From Thermofilum pendens Hrk 5 (GTDB lineage Archaea; Thermoproteota; Thermoprotei; Thermofilales; Thermofilaceae), in the NCBI RefSeq assembly GCF_000015225.1, contig NC_008698.1, positions 630,001 to 662,000 of the forward strand: 32,000 nt of DNA, read 5' to 3'. Below the pieces are notes generated by a model, which saw nothing but the letters and a program-made list of their open reading frames with translations, made no database searches and was not told the origin of the DNA. The position numbers were made by a program, and so were the translations under genes. Below, piece after piece: positions 1-8,427 of the stretch. The stretch's first letter is position 1; each line of letters begins with the position of its first letter.

Positions 1-50
1 AGGATATCCGAGGAGTTTAGGAGGATGCTTAGCTGAGAGACTTCTCCAAA

Positions 51-109
51 GGTCAGCTGAGAATTCACAGCTCATTGCATACGCTCGGCTTTGATACCCG
101 TCATCATCC
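51..109 (-). ncRNA. C/D box sRNA (putative 2'-O-methylation guide)
   Basis: Minus strand 109->51 reads GG | AUGAUGA (C box, 107-101) | CGGGUAUCAAAG (12 nt) | CCGA (D', 88-85) | 9-nt spacer | AUGAGCU (degenerate C', 75-69) | GUGAAUUCUCAG (12 nt) | CUGA (D, 56-53) | CC. Both guides have the canonical archaeal 12-nt spacing and there is a GG/CC terminal clamp. An ATTTTTAG box (140-133, minus strand) lies about 28 nt upstream. Confidence 0.7.
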
Positions 110-149
110 AAAGTAATTCTTTACCTACTAAGCTAAAAATCATTCTGCG

Positions 150-1061
150 TCAAACTACTAGCTCCGCAAAGCTCTCGATTACTCCTACTATCGGCTTCGC
201 GGAATCCTGATCCACGATAAACGTGTCTTCGAACTGCGACACAAGCCCACCACCAGCCTCTACCAATCGTGGGTAGTGGTACACCCTTTTACTCTCCACG
301 AGACCTCGTAGCTCCTTCTCGCTGAACCCCATTCTCGAAACCCACCTCTCTGCGAACGGGAGGCCCTTGAACTCCTTCCAAAGCGCCTCTAGCACGTCGT
401 TTAGGTCTTTCTCCCTGGAAATCCTCCTAACGGAGACCACCCTGTAGATATTGCTCCACCCACTGTCGATAACCTGTCCCACGCCGTTCGTCGCGAACGG
501 CTCTACCGCGTAAACCTCGCCGATGTTTATGCCCACGAGCCTGTACTCATATCTGGCAACGTTGGGTATACTCTTCCCAGCGTGGAGATTGTACCTTTCA
601 ATCTTATGCCCGGTGAGATTCTCTATAGGCTTGTAGCCGTACTTGCGTATCGCGCCTTCAACAACCTTGCCGACGTCGTACGCGGTACTCCTAGGCTTCA
701 GCGCCAAGGCAGCACTTTTGAGGGCCTCGAACGCCGCTAATGCTAGCCGCCGGTACTCCCCGCTTTGGACGACGGTCACGGCGCAGTCAGCTATGTAGCC
801 ATCGACGTGTACGCCTACGTCTATTTTAAGCACGGAGCCTTTAGGCACTCTCAGTTCGTCGTTACTCGAGGGAGTATAGTGAGCCGCCACCTGGTTTATG
901 GAAAGGTTTACTGGAAACGCCGGGAGAGCTCCCCGAGACCTTATGAACTCTTCAACTCTCTCCGCTATTTCGATTAGTGGGACTCCTTCATGCGATATAT
1001 CAACCGCTAATTTTAACGCCTCTCTAGCCACATCCCCTGCGCGCTTCAACTGCTCTGCCAT
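150..1061 (-). CDS. map: Methionine aminopeptidase, type 2 (archaeal)
   Basis: 303-aa ORF with an ATG start. The N-terminal helical region, the AAHYTP motif and the overall pita-bread-fold pattern are typical of archaeal MetAP2. Confidence 0.93.
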   Translation of the reverse strand: MAEQLKRAGDVAREALKLAVDISHEGVPLIEIAERVEEFIRSRGALPAFPVNLSINQVAAHYTPSSNDELRVPKGSVLKIDVGVHVDGYIADCAVTVVQSGEYRRLALAAFEALKSAALALKPRSTAYDVGKVVEGAIRKYGYKPIENLTGHKIERYNLHAGKSIPNVARYEYRLVGINIGEVYAVEPFATNGVGQVIDSGWSNIYRVVSVRRISREKDLNDVLEALWKEFKGLPFAERWVSRMGFSEKELRGLVESKRVYHYPRLVEAGGGLVSQFEDTFIVDQDSAKPIVGVIESFAELVV

Positions 1062-1126
1062 TCAGAGTCAACCTTACGTAGCGCGCGACGCTATATTTTT
1101 GTAACTTATGCGAGTTTAAGGTTACC

Positions 1127-1774
1127 GTGGAGGAGTATTCCGAGAAAATGAAGGCTGAGCTTGCGCTGATCGCAAAGGAGCTGGACGAGCTCGACGCTCA
1201 AAGGGAGAAGATGTTGGTAGTCACTCGGGAGATTACCCGTAGAGCTCGAGAAGCTATCTTTGCGCTTCACCACGGGGATCTGGGAAAAGCCGGCACTGAG
1301 CTGGAGAGGGCGAGGGAGCTTATCAAGGAGCTCTATGAGCTTAAACAGACACACCCCCAGCTCTACTACTCGGGCGGCGTACTGAACGCGCAAACGGAGT
1401 ACGTCGAAGCGTCTCTACTGGCGTCCCTGCTCGCCGGCGAAGGTCTACCCGGTTTCGAAGAGCTACTCGTAGAGCCTCAGGCCTACCTAGCCGGCCTTGG
1501 GGACCTCGTGGGAGAGCTCCGCAGGTACGTGTTGAACATTCTACGCGAAGGAATGGTGGATAAAGCCTGGAGCATACTCGAGTTCATGGAGGAGATCTAC
1601 GTAGAGCTCGGGAAATTCTCCTACCCGGAGGCCCTCGTTCCCGGGTTACGGCACAAGGTAGACGTTGCGCGCGTGATACTAGAAAACACGAGGAACGACG
1701 TACTCTTCTTCGAGCGTAGCAGGGACCTGGCGCAGCGAATAGAGAGGTTGCTGGAAGCGATGAAGGGAAGATGA
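1127..1774 (+). CDS. Translin-family protein (archaeal translin-like)
   Basis: 215-aa helical ORF with a GTG start about 30 nt downstream of a TATATTTTT box (1092-1100). The motifs AIFALHHGD, HPQLYYSG, LNAQTEYVEA and GDLVGELRR match my recollection of the archaeal translin family. Its stop overlaps the nfi start (ATGA at 1771-1774). Confidence 0.75.
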   Translation: MEEYSEKMKAELALIAKELDELDAQREKMLVVTREITRRAREAIFALHHGDLGKAGTELERARELIKELYELKQTHPQLYYSGGVLNAQTEYVEASLLASLLAGEGLPGFEELLVEPQAYLAGLGDLVGELRRYVLNILREGMVDKAWSILEFMEEIYVELGKFSYPEALVPGLRHKVDVARVILENTRNDVLFFERSRDLAQRIERLLEAMKGR

Positions 1775-2469
1775 GGGTCCATAGACTACCCGAGAACTTC
1801 TCCTTGGAGAGGGCTAGGCGTGCGCAGCTAGCTATAGCTAGGATGGTCTTAGAGGAGGACTCTCTCCCGGAGAGCGTTCGCAGAGCCGCGGGCGTGGATG
1901 TAGCCTTTAAGGGAGACTACGCATTTGCGGCGGCCGTAGTCGTCGAGTATCCCTCTTTCTCTGTCGTCGACTACTCTGTTACACGTACAGAGGTCAGGTT
2001 CCCCTACGTGCCTACGCTGCTAGCTTTCAGGGAGGTTTGGCCGGCGTACACGGCGCTGAAAAGGTTAAAGTCCGAGCCCGACGTGTTGCTTGTCGACGGA
2101 AACGGGAGGCTCCACCCATTCAAGGCGGGCTTCGCGTGTCACCTCGGAGTGCTCGTGGACAAGCCAACGATCGGCGTAGCGAAGAAGCTTCTAGTCGGAG
2201 AAGTGGGGAGCTGGAAGAGCGGCGTAGCGCCCGTGCTCTATCGCGGAGAGGTTCTCGGAATGGCTGTCAAAACCTCCGAGCGTTCAAAGCCGGTCTTTGT
2301 CAGCATAGGTCACAAAATCAGCCTAAACACAGCAGTGTGGATAGTTAGAATGTTTACAAAGAGAGGGTTAAGGTTGCCTGAACCTCTGAGACTCGCACAC
2401 CTCTACGCTACAGCATACGCACGCGGAAACATGGAAGAAAAAGATTTCTATCTAGACGAGCCCAGTTAA
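1771..2469 (+). CDS. nfi: Endonuclease V
   Basis: 232-aa ORF. Diagnostic EndoV motifs are present: AGVDVAF, PYVPTLLAFRE, LVDGNGRLHP and PTIGVAKK. Confidence 0.93.
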   Translation: MRVHRLPENFSLERARRAQLAIARMVLEEDSLPESVRRAAGVDVAFKGDYAFAAAVVVEYPSFSVVDYSVTRTEVRFPYVPTLLAFREVWPAYTALKRLKSEPDVLLVDGNGRLHPFKAGFACHLGVLVDKPTIGVAKKLLVGEVGSWKSGVAPVLYRGEVLGMAVKTSERSKPVFVSIGHKISLNTAVWIVRMFTKRGLRLPEPLRLAHLYATAYARGNMEEKDFYLDEPS

Positions 2470-2486
2470 AGATGGAGGAGAGGGGT

Positions 2487-2978
2487 ATGGAGCTGAAATT
2501 CGAGGTTGTAGATGTGAAGCTCCCGTCCAAGTCGAACGTGATTATCGGCCAAACGCACTTCATTAAGAGCGTGGAGGACATAGCTGAGGCTGTATCTACG
2601 AGCGTGCCCGGAGTAAAGTTTGGGCTGGCCTTCAACGAAGCTTCGGGTGACAGGCTGGTACGCTACGACGGGAATGACCCCGAGCTCATCGAGGCAGCTA
2701 TAGATGCGGCGAAGCGTATAGGCGCCGGGCATGTTTTCGTTTTGTTTATCCGGGACGCTTGGCCGATAAACGTCTTGAACCAGCTCAAAAACGTCCAGGA
2801 AGTAGCCAGTATCTTTTGTGCAACAGCTAATCCCGTTCAAGTAATCGTGGCGGAGACCCAGCAAGGGAGGGGGGTTATGGGAGTAATCGACGGCTTCACA
2901 GTTGTCGGCGTCGAGTCCGAGGAAGACAAGAAGAAGAGAGTAGAGTTCTTGAGGAAGATAGGCTACAAGAGGGCCTAG
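2487..2978 (+). CDS. Adenosine-specific kinase family protein (PF04008/DUF355-like)
   Basis: The ORF is open from 2472, but the ATG at 2487 is preceded by GGAGGAGAGGGG (a Shine-Dalgarno (SD)-like element) and gives the family-typical N-terminus MELKF.. The motifs IIGQTHFIKSVEDI, VPGVKFGLAFNEASG and VFVLFIRDAWPINVLN support the family call. Confidence 0.75.
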   Translation: MELKFEVVDVKLPSKSNVIIGQTHFIKSVEDIAEAVSTSVPGVKFGLAFNEASGDRLVRYDGNDPELIEAAIDAAKRIGAGHVFVLFIRDAWPINVLNQLKNVQEVASIFCATANPVQVIVAETQQGRGVMGVIDGFTVVGVESEEDKKKRVEFLRKIGYKRA

Positions 2979-3019
2979 CATAAGAGTGCTTAAAAACACC
3001 TTTTTCTTTTAAGGTACGT

Positions 3020-3376
3020 ATGGGATCTCTCAAGCAGGTCATAGTGCTGAGACGCGACCTTGATATGGGGAAGGGAAAGATGGTCGCTCAGGGGTGCCAT
3101 GCATCAGTCTCGGCTGTGCTTGAGACCCTTAAGAGGAATAGGGAAATCGTGGAGAGGTGGGTCGAGGAGGGGCAGAGGAAGATCGTCGTTAGAGTTGACA
3201 GCGAGGAGGAACTACTAAGCGTGTATAGAAAAGCATTGGAGCTCGGGCTCGTAGCCGTCCTAGTAGAGGATAAAGGGTTAACTCAGCTTCCTCCAGGCAC
3301 GCCCACGGCCGTGGGAATAGGACCCGCAGACGAAGAAATCATCGACAAGGTAACTGGGCACCTGAAGTTGCTATAG
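3020..3376 (+). CDS. pth2: Peptidyl-tRNA hydrolase, archaeal type (Pth2)
   Basis: 118 aa. The pattern KQVIVLRRDLDMGKGKMVAQGCHAS ... TQLPPGTPTAVGIGP is classic Pth2. A CTTAAAAAC box centred about 27 nt upstream gives leaderless geometry. Confidence 0.93.
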   Translation: MGSLKQVIVLRRDLDMGKGKMVAQGCHASVSAVLETLKRNREIVERWVEEGQRKIVVRVDSEEELLSVYRKALELGLVAVLVEDKGLTQLPPGTPTAVGIGPADEEIIDKVTGHLKLL

Positions 3377-3451
3377 TGAATCTGCGCGTTTTCCTCCTAA
3401 GGACACGCGACACGCGAGAAAAGACTATAATGCCCCGAGCTTCTTAATCGC

Positions 3452-4786
3452 GTGGCGCGTCGCGCGGATAGCCAGCTCGACAGGCTGCTAGGCCTGGAGT
3501 ACTACGGTTTAGACGGTGCTGGTACAGGTGGGAAGCTTAGAAGCTCGCTCGACGACTTCATCGTAAGGGAGATATCTATCGACGGGGAAGTAGCTTCTCC
3601 AGAGTGTAAGTACGCGGAGGGAGCCGGCGAGTTCACCTGGTTGGTGCTCGAGAAGAGGAAAATAGACACTGTGAGTGCAGCGAGAGCTGTTGCCAGGTTT
3701 TTTGGGCTAAAGTTGCGGGATGTAGGTATCGCGGGTCTCAAGGATACGTCGGCAGTTACGTACCAGTTCATCTCCATACCCGGAGAGGTCAAAATGGAAT
3801 CAATAGAGGAGTTCAACCTGTCGCACAAGCGCGTTAAGCTACACTGCCCCTTCAGGAGGCCCTTCGCGTTGAAGCCCGGCATGCTCTACGGCAACTTCTT
3901 TAACGTGAAAGTGCGGGGTGCAGAGTGCCTGGAGTGTTTAGAGGCCTTGCTGCGCGAGTTGAAGGAGAAGAAGGCTGTACCCAACTACTACGGCTACCAA
4001 AGATTCGGCACCGTAAGGCCGGTCACGCACGTAGTCGGCAGGATGATACTCTTAGGAGAGTTTAAGGAGGCGGTCGAAGAGCTGATATACAAGGTCTTCC
4101 CGGGGGAGTCTCAAGTGTCAAGGAGGGCCCGCCTTTTCCTCTCAGAGAGCGGCGACCCCCTCAAGGCGTTGGAGCTCTTCCCCAAGTCTCTGAAGAGCGA
4201 GAGAGCTGTTCTGAGGCACTTGGCCAGGCATCCGGGCGACTACGTGGGGGCTTTGCGCGCGGTTTCGCCCTACGTGAAGAAACTCTTCATCGGGGCTTAC
4301 CAGGCCTACCTTTTCAACAAGTTGCTCAGCAAGAGGATAGAGAGGGGTCTTTCCTACTACTACCCCGTTCCCGGCGACACGGTTGGGATATTCAGAGAAA
4401 AGAGAGGAGGCGAAGTCACAGGGGTGTTGAAGGTAAACGACGCCAACGTGGAGAAGGTGAAACGGTGGATAGACGAGGGCTTTGCAGTACTCCTACTCCC
4501 CGTGTTCGGGTACAACAGCAACCTTTCGCACGGAGTCGTCGGCGAGATAGAGCGCGAGTTACTGAGAGAAGAGGGAATCGACGTCTCTATGTTCAGGGTG
4601 AAGCAAATCCCCGAAGCATCATCCGCGGGGACCTATAGGTACGCCTCCCTAGTGCCCCATGCTCTGAATGTCCGGGTCTTCGGAAACGACTACGAGCTTA
4701 CATTCGTACTAAACAAGGGAGCCTATGCTACCACCCTTCTACGAGAGCTGGTAAAACCCGTAGAGCCGGCGAGACAAGGCTTCTGA
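3452..4786 (+). CDS. truD: tRNA pseudouridine synthase D (TruD/Pus7 family)
   Basis: 444 aa with a GTG start 25 nt downstream of an ACTATAATG box. Motifs GLKDTSAVTYQ and PNYYGYQRFG are present. Confidence 0.92.
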   Translation: MARRADSQLDRLLGLEYYGLDGAGTGGKLRSSLDDFIVREISIDGEVASPECKYAEGAGEFTWLVLEKRKIDTVSAARAVARFFGLKLRDVGIAGLKDTSAVTYQFISIPGEVKMESIEEFNLSHKRVKLHCPFRRPFALKPGMLYGNFFNVKVRGAECLECLEALLRELKEKKAVPNYYGYQRFGTVRPVTHVVGRMILLGEFKEAVEELIYKVFPGESQVSRRARLFLSESGDPLKALELFPKSLKSERAVLRHLARHPGDYVGALRAVSPYVKKLFIGAYQAYLFNKLLSKRIERGLSYYYPVPGDTVGIFREKRGGEVTGVLKVNDANVEKVKRWIDEGFAVLLLPVFGYNSNLSHGVVGEIERELLREEGIDVSMFRVKQIPEASSAGTYRYASLVPHALNVRVFGNDYELTFVLNKGAYATTLLRELVKPVEPARQGF

Positions 4787-4858
4787 GTCGCGCGCCCGCG
4801 GCGCGCGAGCGCGTACACGCTTATAAGCCAAGCATGCTCTTTTATCGGGGGTTCTGGT

Positions 4859-7264
4859 ATGCCGTTAGTCCCCTTGGAGCACCTAGACGAGGTGCGCGAA
4901 GAGCTAGTCAAGGCTAGGAAGAGTAGGCATAGAAGGCTCTTAGTGATAACCGGGGACGACGACTCGAGGCTCGTCACCACAGCTCTGGACTTCATATACA
5001 ATGTTAAAGACCTGTTGTCAGGAGAGAAGGTGCTGTACACCTACCACGCCTTCTACTCGGACGGCGCTATGCGCAAAGAACTTTTTGAGAAAGGTGTTCC
5101 TCGCGAGCTTTCCGTGGACTACGTGTCGTACCACAAGTTGGACGAGGTTCTAGGGAGGACTTACGCCGCCGCTGTGGCGGACCTCGTGAACAACCTTGAG
5201 CCGAACGACCTTGGCAGGGTAATGGGGGTCGTTGAAGGAGGCGGGCTTTACATCTTCCTGCTTCCATCCTTTACGCGTCTCTTAGAAACGGTCACAAGGT
5301 TTCAGAGCAACCTGATAGTTCCTGGCTACACGGATAAGGATCTTAAGAGGTACTTCGAGAAGCGCTTCATAAAAAAGGTGATGGAACACCAGGGAGTAGC
5401 CGTCTACGACGCGGATAACAGGTACTGGGTCAAGAAGTTCGGGAAGACCCCCTCCACACCGTACGCTAGACCTAAGCCAGTACTACCGCAGAAGAGCAAA
5501 ATACCGGTGAAGGTCTTCAACCTTGCTCTAACGCAGGACCAGGTAGAGGTACTTAAGATCTTCGAACACTTCTACGCAAAGGCGGAGAAGGAGAAGCTCG
5601 TATTCGTTCTAACGGCGGATAGGGGCAGGGGGAAGTCCTCAGCCGTGGGTCTAGGGGTTGGCTGGCTGGCCCACAGGCTTAGAAGGGCGAAGGGTAAATG
5701 CAAGGTTGTCGTAACGGCGCCCGCGGTGACGAACGTCCAGGAAGTGTTCCGCTTCTCGGCAGCCGTCCTGGACCTCTTCAAGCACAAGGTGGAGGTGCTA
5801 GAGGACGAGTCCGGTATGATAACCAAGTTGTTGTCTAAAGGCATCGAAATAGAGTACGTGACGCCCCTAGACGTTTTGAAGGCTAAGGGCGACTTGCTCG
5901 TAGTGGACGAAGCCGCCTCGATACCCGTACCTCTCCTCTTCAAAATGCTGAAGCGGTTCAACAAGGTTGTCTACTCCTCTACGATACACGGCTACGAGGG
6001 AGCCGGCAGGGGTTTCTCGCTGAGATTCCTCAAGCGCTTGAAGAACGAGGAAGGTGTAAAGCTTTACGAGTACGAAATGTCGGAGCCCATACGCTACGCT
6101 CCGGAGGACCCAATAGAGAAGTGGACTTTCGACTTACTGTTGCTGGACGCGGAACCGTGCGAGATAACGGAGGACGATCTCTCACTGGTAAGCGCCGGAG
6201 AAGTTTACTACGACGCGCCAAACGAGGAGGAGCTTTTCCTAAAGAACGAGGAGGAGCTTAGGCAGTTCTTCGGGATATACATCATGGCGCACTACAGGAA
6301 CAACCCCAACGACCTAGGCATAATGATGGACGCACCGCACCACTTCCTGCGCATGGTTAGGCTGAAGAACGGTAAGATTGTAGTCTCGTTGGAGCTGGCG
6401 TCCGAAGGGAACCTCGGAGAAGACCTCTCCAAGGAGTCGGCGAAGGGGGCGTGGCTAATGGGTAACATCATACCCGACCGGCTCATAAAACACTACAAGA
6501 TACTCGACTTCGGCAATCTAAGAGGGATACGCGTCGTGAGGATAGCGACGCACCCCTCCGTTATGGGGAAAGGTCTCGGTAGCTTTGCCCTTAGCAGGCT
6601 AGAGGAGGAGGCACGCAGAAACGGTTACGACTGGGTAGGCGCGGGCTTCGGGGTTACCTACGAGCTCCTTAAGTTCTGGCTTAAGAACGGCTATATACCA
6701 GTTCACATGAGCCCTGAAAAGAACCCTGTAAGCGGAGAATATACGGTCATAGTTGTAAAGCCTTTAAGCGAGAAGGCTAAAAGAATAGTCGACGTGATAG
6801 CCAAAGAGTTCAAGCAAAAGCTTCTAGGCTCGCTGGCATCGCCTTACTTCGACTTAGAACCTGAGGTAGCGCTTCTTCTTCTAAAGTCTACCCCGAGTTT
6901 CGAGGTAAAAGTCAACCTAACCAAGCTACAGCTTGCACGCTTCCTGACGTATGCGTGGAGCGACATGACGCTTGAGAACTGCATCGACGTGGTAGGTATA
7001 ATGACGCGCCTATACTTCCTATCCAAGAAAAAGCCCTCTCTAAGCGAGCTACAGGAGCTTCTACTGGTCTCCAAGATCTTGCAGGCGAAGAGCTGGCATC
7101 TGACGTGCCAAGAGCTAAATCTCAGCCTCGCAGAGGCGACGAGCAACATGAAACAGATTGCGCAAATATTTTCGAAGGAGTTTCTGGGAGTGAACAGCGA
7201 GGAGGAGGCTCTAAGGTACTTTTTCCTCAGAATGGACGACCTCAACGAGGGGGTTAGTGCCTGA
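4859..7264 (+). CDS. tmcA: tRNA cytidine N4-acetyltransferase (TmcA/Nat10 homologue)
   Basis: 801 aa. The architecture is helicase-like P-loop (ADRGRGKSSAVG, DEAASIP), then a GNAT domain (RIATHPSVMGKGLGS), then a tRNA-binding tail. This matches the archaeal TmcA/Nat10 layout. Confidence 0.9.
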   Translation: MPLVPLEHLDEVREELVKARKSRHRRLLVITGDDDSRLVTTALDFIYNVKDLLSGEKVLYTYHAFYSDGAMRKELFEKGVPRELSVDYVSYHKLDEVLGRTYAAAVADLVNNLEPNDLGRVMGVVEGGGLYIFLLPSFTRLLETVTRFQSNLIVPGYTDKDLKRYFEKRFIKKVMEHQGVAVYDADNRYWVKKFGKTPSTPYARPKPVLPQKSKIPVKVFNLALTQDQVEVLKIFEHFYAKAEKEKLVFVLTADRGRGKSSAVGLGVGWLAHRLRRAKGKCKVVVTAPAVTNVQEVFRFSAAVLDLFKHKVEVLEDESGMITKLLSKGIEIEYVTPLDVLKAKGDLLVVDEAASIPVPLLFKMLKRFNKVVYSSTIHGYEGAGRGFSLRFLKRLKNEEGVKLYEYEMSEPIRYAPEDPIEKWTFDLLLLDAEPCEITEDDLSLVSAGEVYYDAPNEEELFLKNEEELRQFFGIYIMAHYRNNPNDLGIMMDAPHHFLRMVRLKNGKIVVSLELASEGNLGEDLSKESAKGAWLMGNIIPDRLIKHYKILDFGNLRGIRVVRIATHPSVMGKGLGSFALSRLEEEARRNGYDWVGAGFGVTYELLKFWLKNGYIPVHMSPEKNPVSGEYTVIVVKPLSEKAKRIVDVIAKEFKQKLLGSLASPYFDLEPEVALLLLKSTPSFEVKVNLTKLQLARFLTYAWSDMTLENCIDVVGIMTRLYFLSKKKPSLSELQELLLVSKILQAKSWHLTCQELNLSLAEATSNMKQIAQIFSKEFLGVNSEEEALRYFFLRMDDLNEGVSA

Positions 7265-7305
7265 TACAAGAATAGTGGTAAAAGCCTTCGGGCTGGAAGC
7301 GCAAG

Positions 7306-8364
7306 CTACTCTGGAGAGAGAACCCGCACGAGCCTCGCTGTTCTACACAGAGATAGACAGAGTCCGCAGAAGTCGCACCTACTGTCCGCTACGGCGTCTG
7401 TTGTTTCCCCCGCACTCAACGGGTTTAAGGCGCCGTAGGGACATACGTCCGCGCAAACCTCCTCCTCGGATAGAGTGACGGAGGGGAGGAGCCCTGTAGC
7501 TATACTACGCCAGTTCAATGGGAGGTCGTTCTCCACCGTGCCTGCTATCTTCAAGTGCTTAAACATGAGCGCGGTATCAAATAACACAATGTCGAACGCC
7601 GTTATAGGGTCATGCTCCTTTATCTCCTCCAACGGCTTATCGCTTACAATCGCCGTTGAAACGTTTAGCTCTGTGATTAGGCGCGCCCATATCAGGGAGT
7701 ACACTTCCGAGAGAAGAGGCGAGTGCACTCGAAACAAACTCTTACCCACGGCGTACACCGGGTGGGGAGAGAAGACTATTCCTCCTACACCGGCATCGAC
7801 CAGGAGTTTGAGGAACGCGTCGGATAGGGGTACGCCGGGGGAGACCTTCACGACGACTGGACTAGGTGCCGCCGATACGAACTCCTCCACTATGTCGAGG
7901 GCGAACGCCTCGAAACTTTTCCGCTGGCCGTACAGAATGCCGAGAACTCCGAGGTCTACTTCGAAGGCGTCAACAGCCTTGGAGAAGCTTGAAGCCAGCG
8001 CTCGTAACTCTGAGAGCTTCGGCGTAGCAATAGAGGCAACTATCTTCGTTGAAGGTAAACGTGCCCGTATACTTTCAGCCAGCCTGAATGCCGTGTCGGC
8101 ATCGAGATAAAGCGGTCTTGTTAACGCCAAGTAATCACCAGGCGAGCGGTACCTAGCGATGTAAACCCTCGTTGTCCGCTCACCCCCAACGTTGCCCACG
8201 CCGTATGTTACCGTGGGAAGAAAGAGTATAGGCGGTGCCTCGTAGCTTCCCAGCCCCTCGCCGAGGGCCCTTGCGAGAAGCACGTCGTCGCTGCTTACAC
8301 CCCACCTACCCTGCAGTTGAAGCCCGGCAAAGTAGGCGTGCGCCAATACATTCCCCTTTTTCAA
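7306..8364 (-). CDS. DHOD/dihydropyrimidine-dehydrogenase (PreA)-like TIM-barrel protein with C-terminal 4Fe-4S ferredoxin-like domain
   Basis: 352 aa with a TTG start. The barrel-like core includes VVVKVSPG and GVGGIVFS. The C-terminus has one complete CxxCxxCxxxC (CDFCGLCLSLC) plus a truncated CxxxCP (CADVCP). Product specificity is unknown. Confidence 0.5.
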   Translation of the reverse strand: MKKGNVLAHAYFAGLQLQGRWGVSSDDVLLARALGEGLGSYEAPPILFLPTVTYGVGNVGGERTTRVYIARYRSPGDYLALTRPLYLDADTAFRLAESIRARLPSTKIVASIATPKLSELRALASSFSKAVDAFEVDLGVLGILYGQRKSFEAFALDIVEEFVSAAPSPVVVKVSPGVPLSDAFLKLLVDAGVGGIVFSPHPVYAVGKSLFRVHSPLLSEVYSLIWARLITELNVSTAIVSDKPLEEIKEHDPITAFDIVLFDTALMFKHLKIAGTVENDLPLNWRSIATGLLPSVTLSEEEVCADVCPYGALNPLSAGETTDAVADSRCDFCGLCLSLCRTARLVRVLSPE

Positions 8365-8427
8365 CAGTGTTGCCGGTATTCAAAAGGGTAACTGTGTGCT
8401 ACGAGGATGCCGGTACCTCTCCGCGCG

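Noticed and set aside
1-36. Possible 3' end of a plus-strand gene (..RISEEFRRMLS*)
   Set aside because: Only 11 codons are visible at the window edge, which cannot support a call.
85-100. 16S rRNA ..UUAGAUACCCG.. as the target of the sRNA D' guide
   Set aside because: Only 8 contiguous base pairs form, with an A-A mismatch adjacent to the N+5 position. The rRNA of this organism is not available here, so the target is left open.
4789-4807. Alternating-CG hairpin (CGCGCGCC-CGC-GGCGCGCG) after truD, considered as a terminator or a special element
   Set aside because: GCGCGC-type runs recur in many spacers and coding regions of this window. No adjacent T-tract is present. It is probably compositional, and it was not distinctive enough to call.
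7475-8110. 211-aa plus-strand ORF, plus the ORF at 7257-7478
   Set aside because: Both are antisense to the PreA/DHOD-like gene. They are Ser/Thr/Arg-rich with no promoter or motif support.
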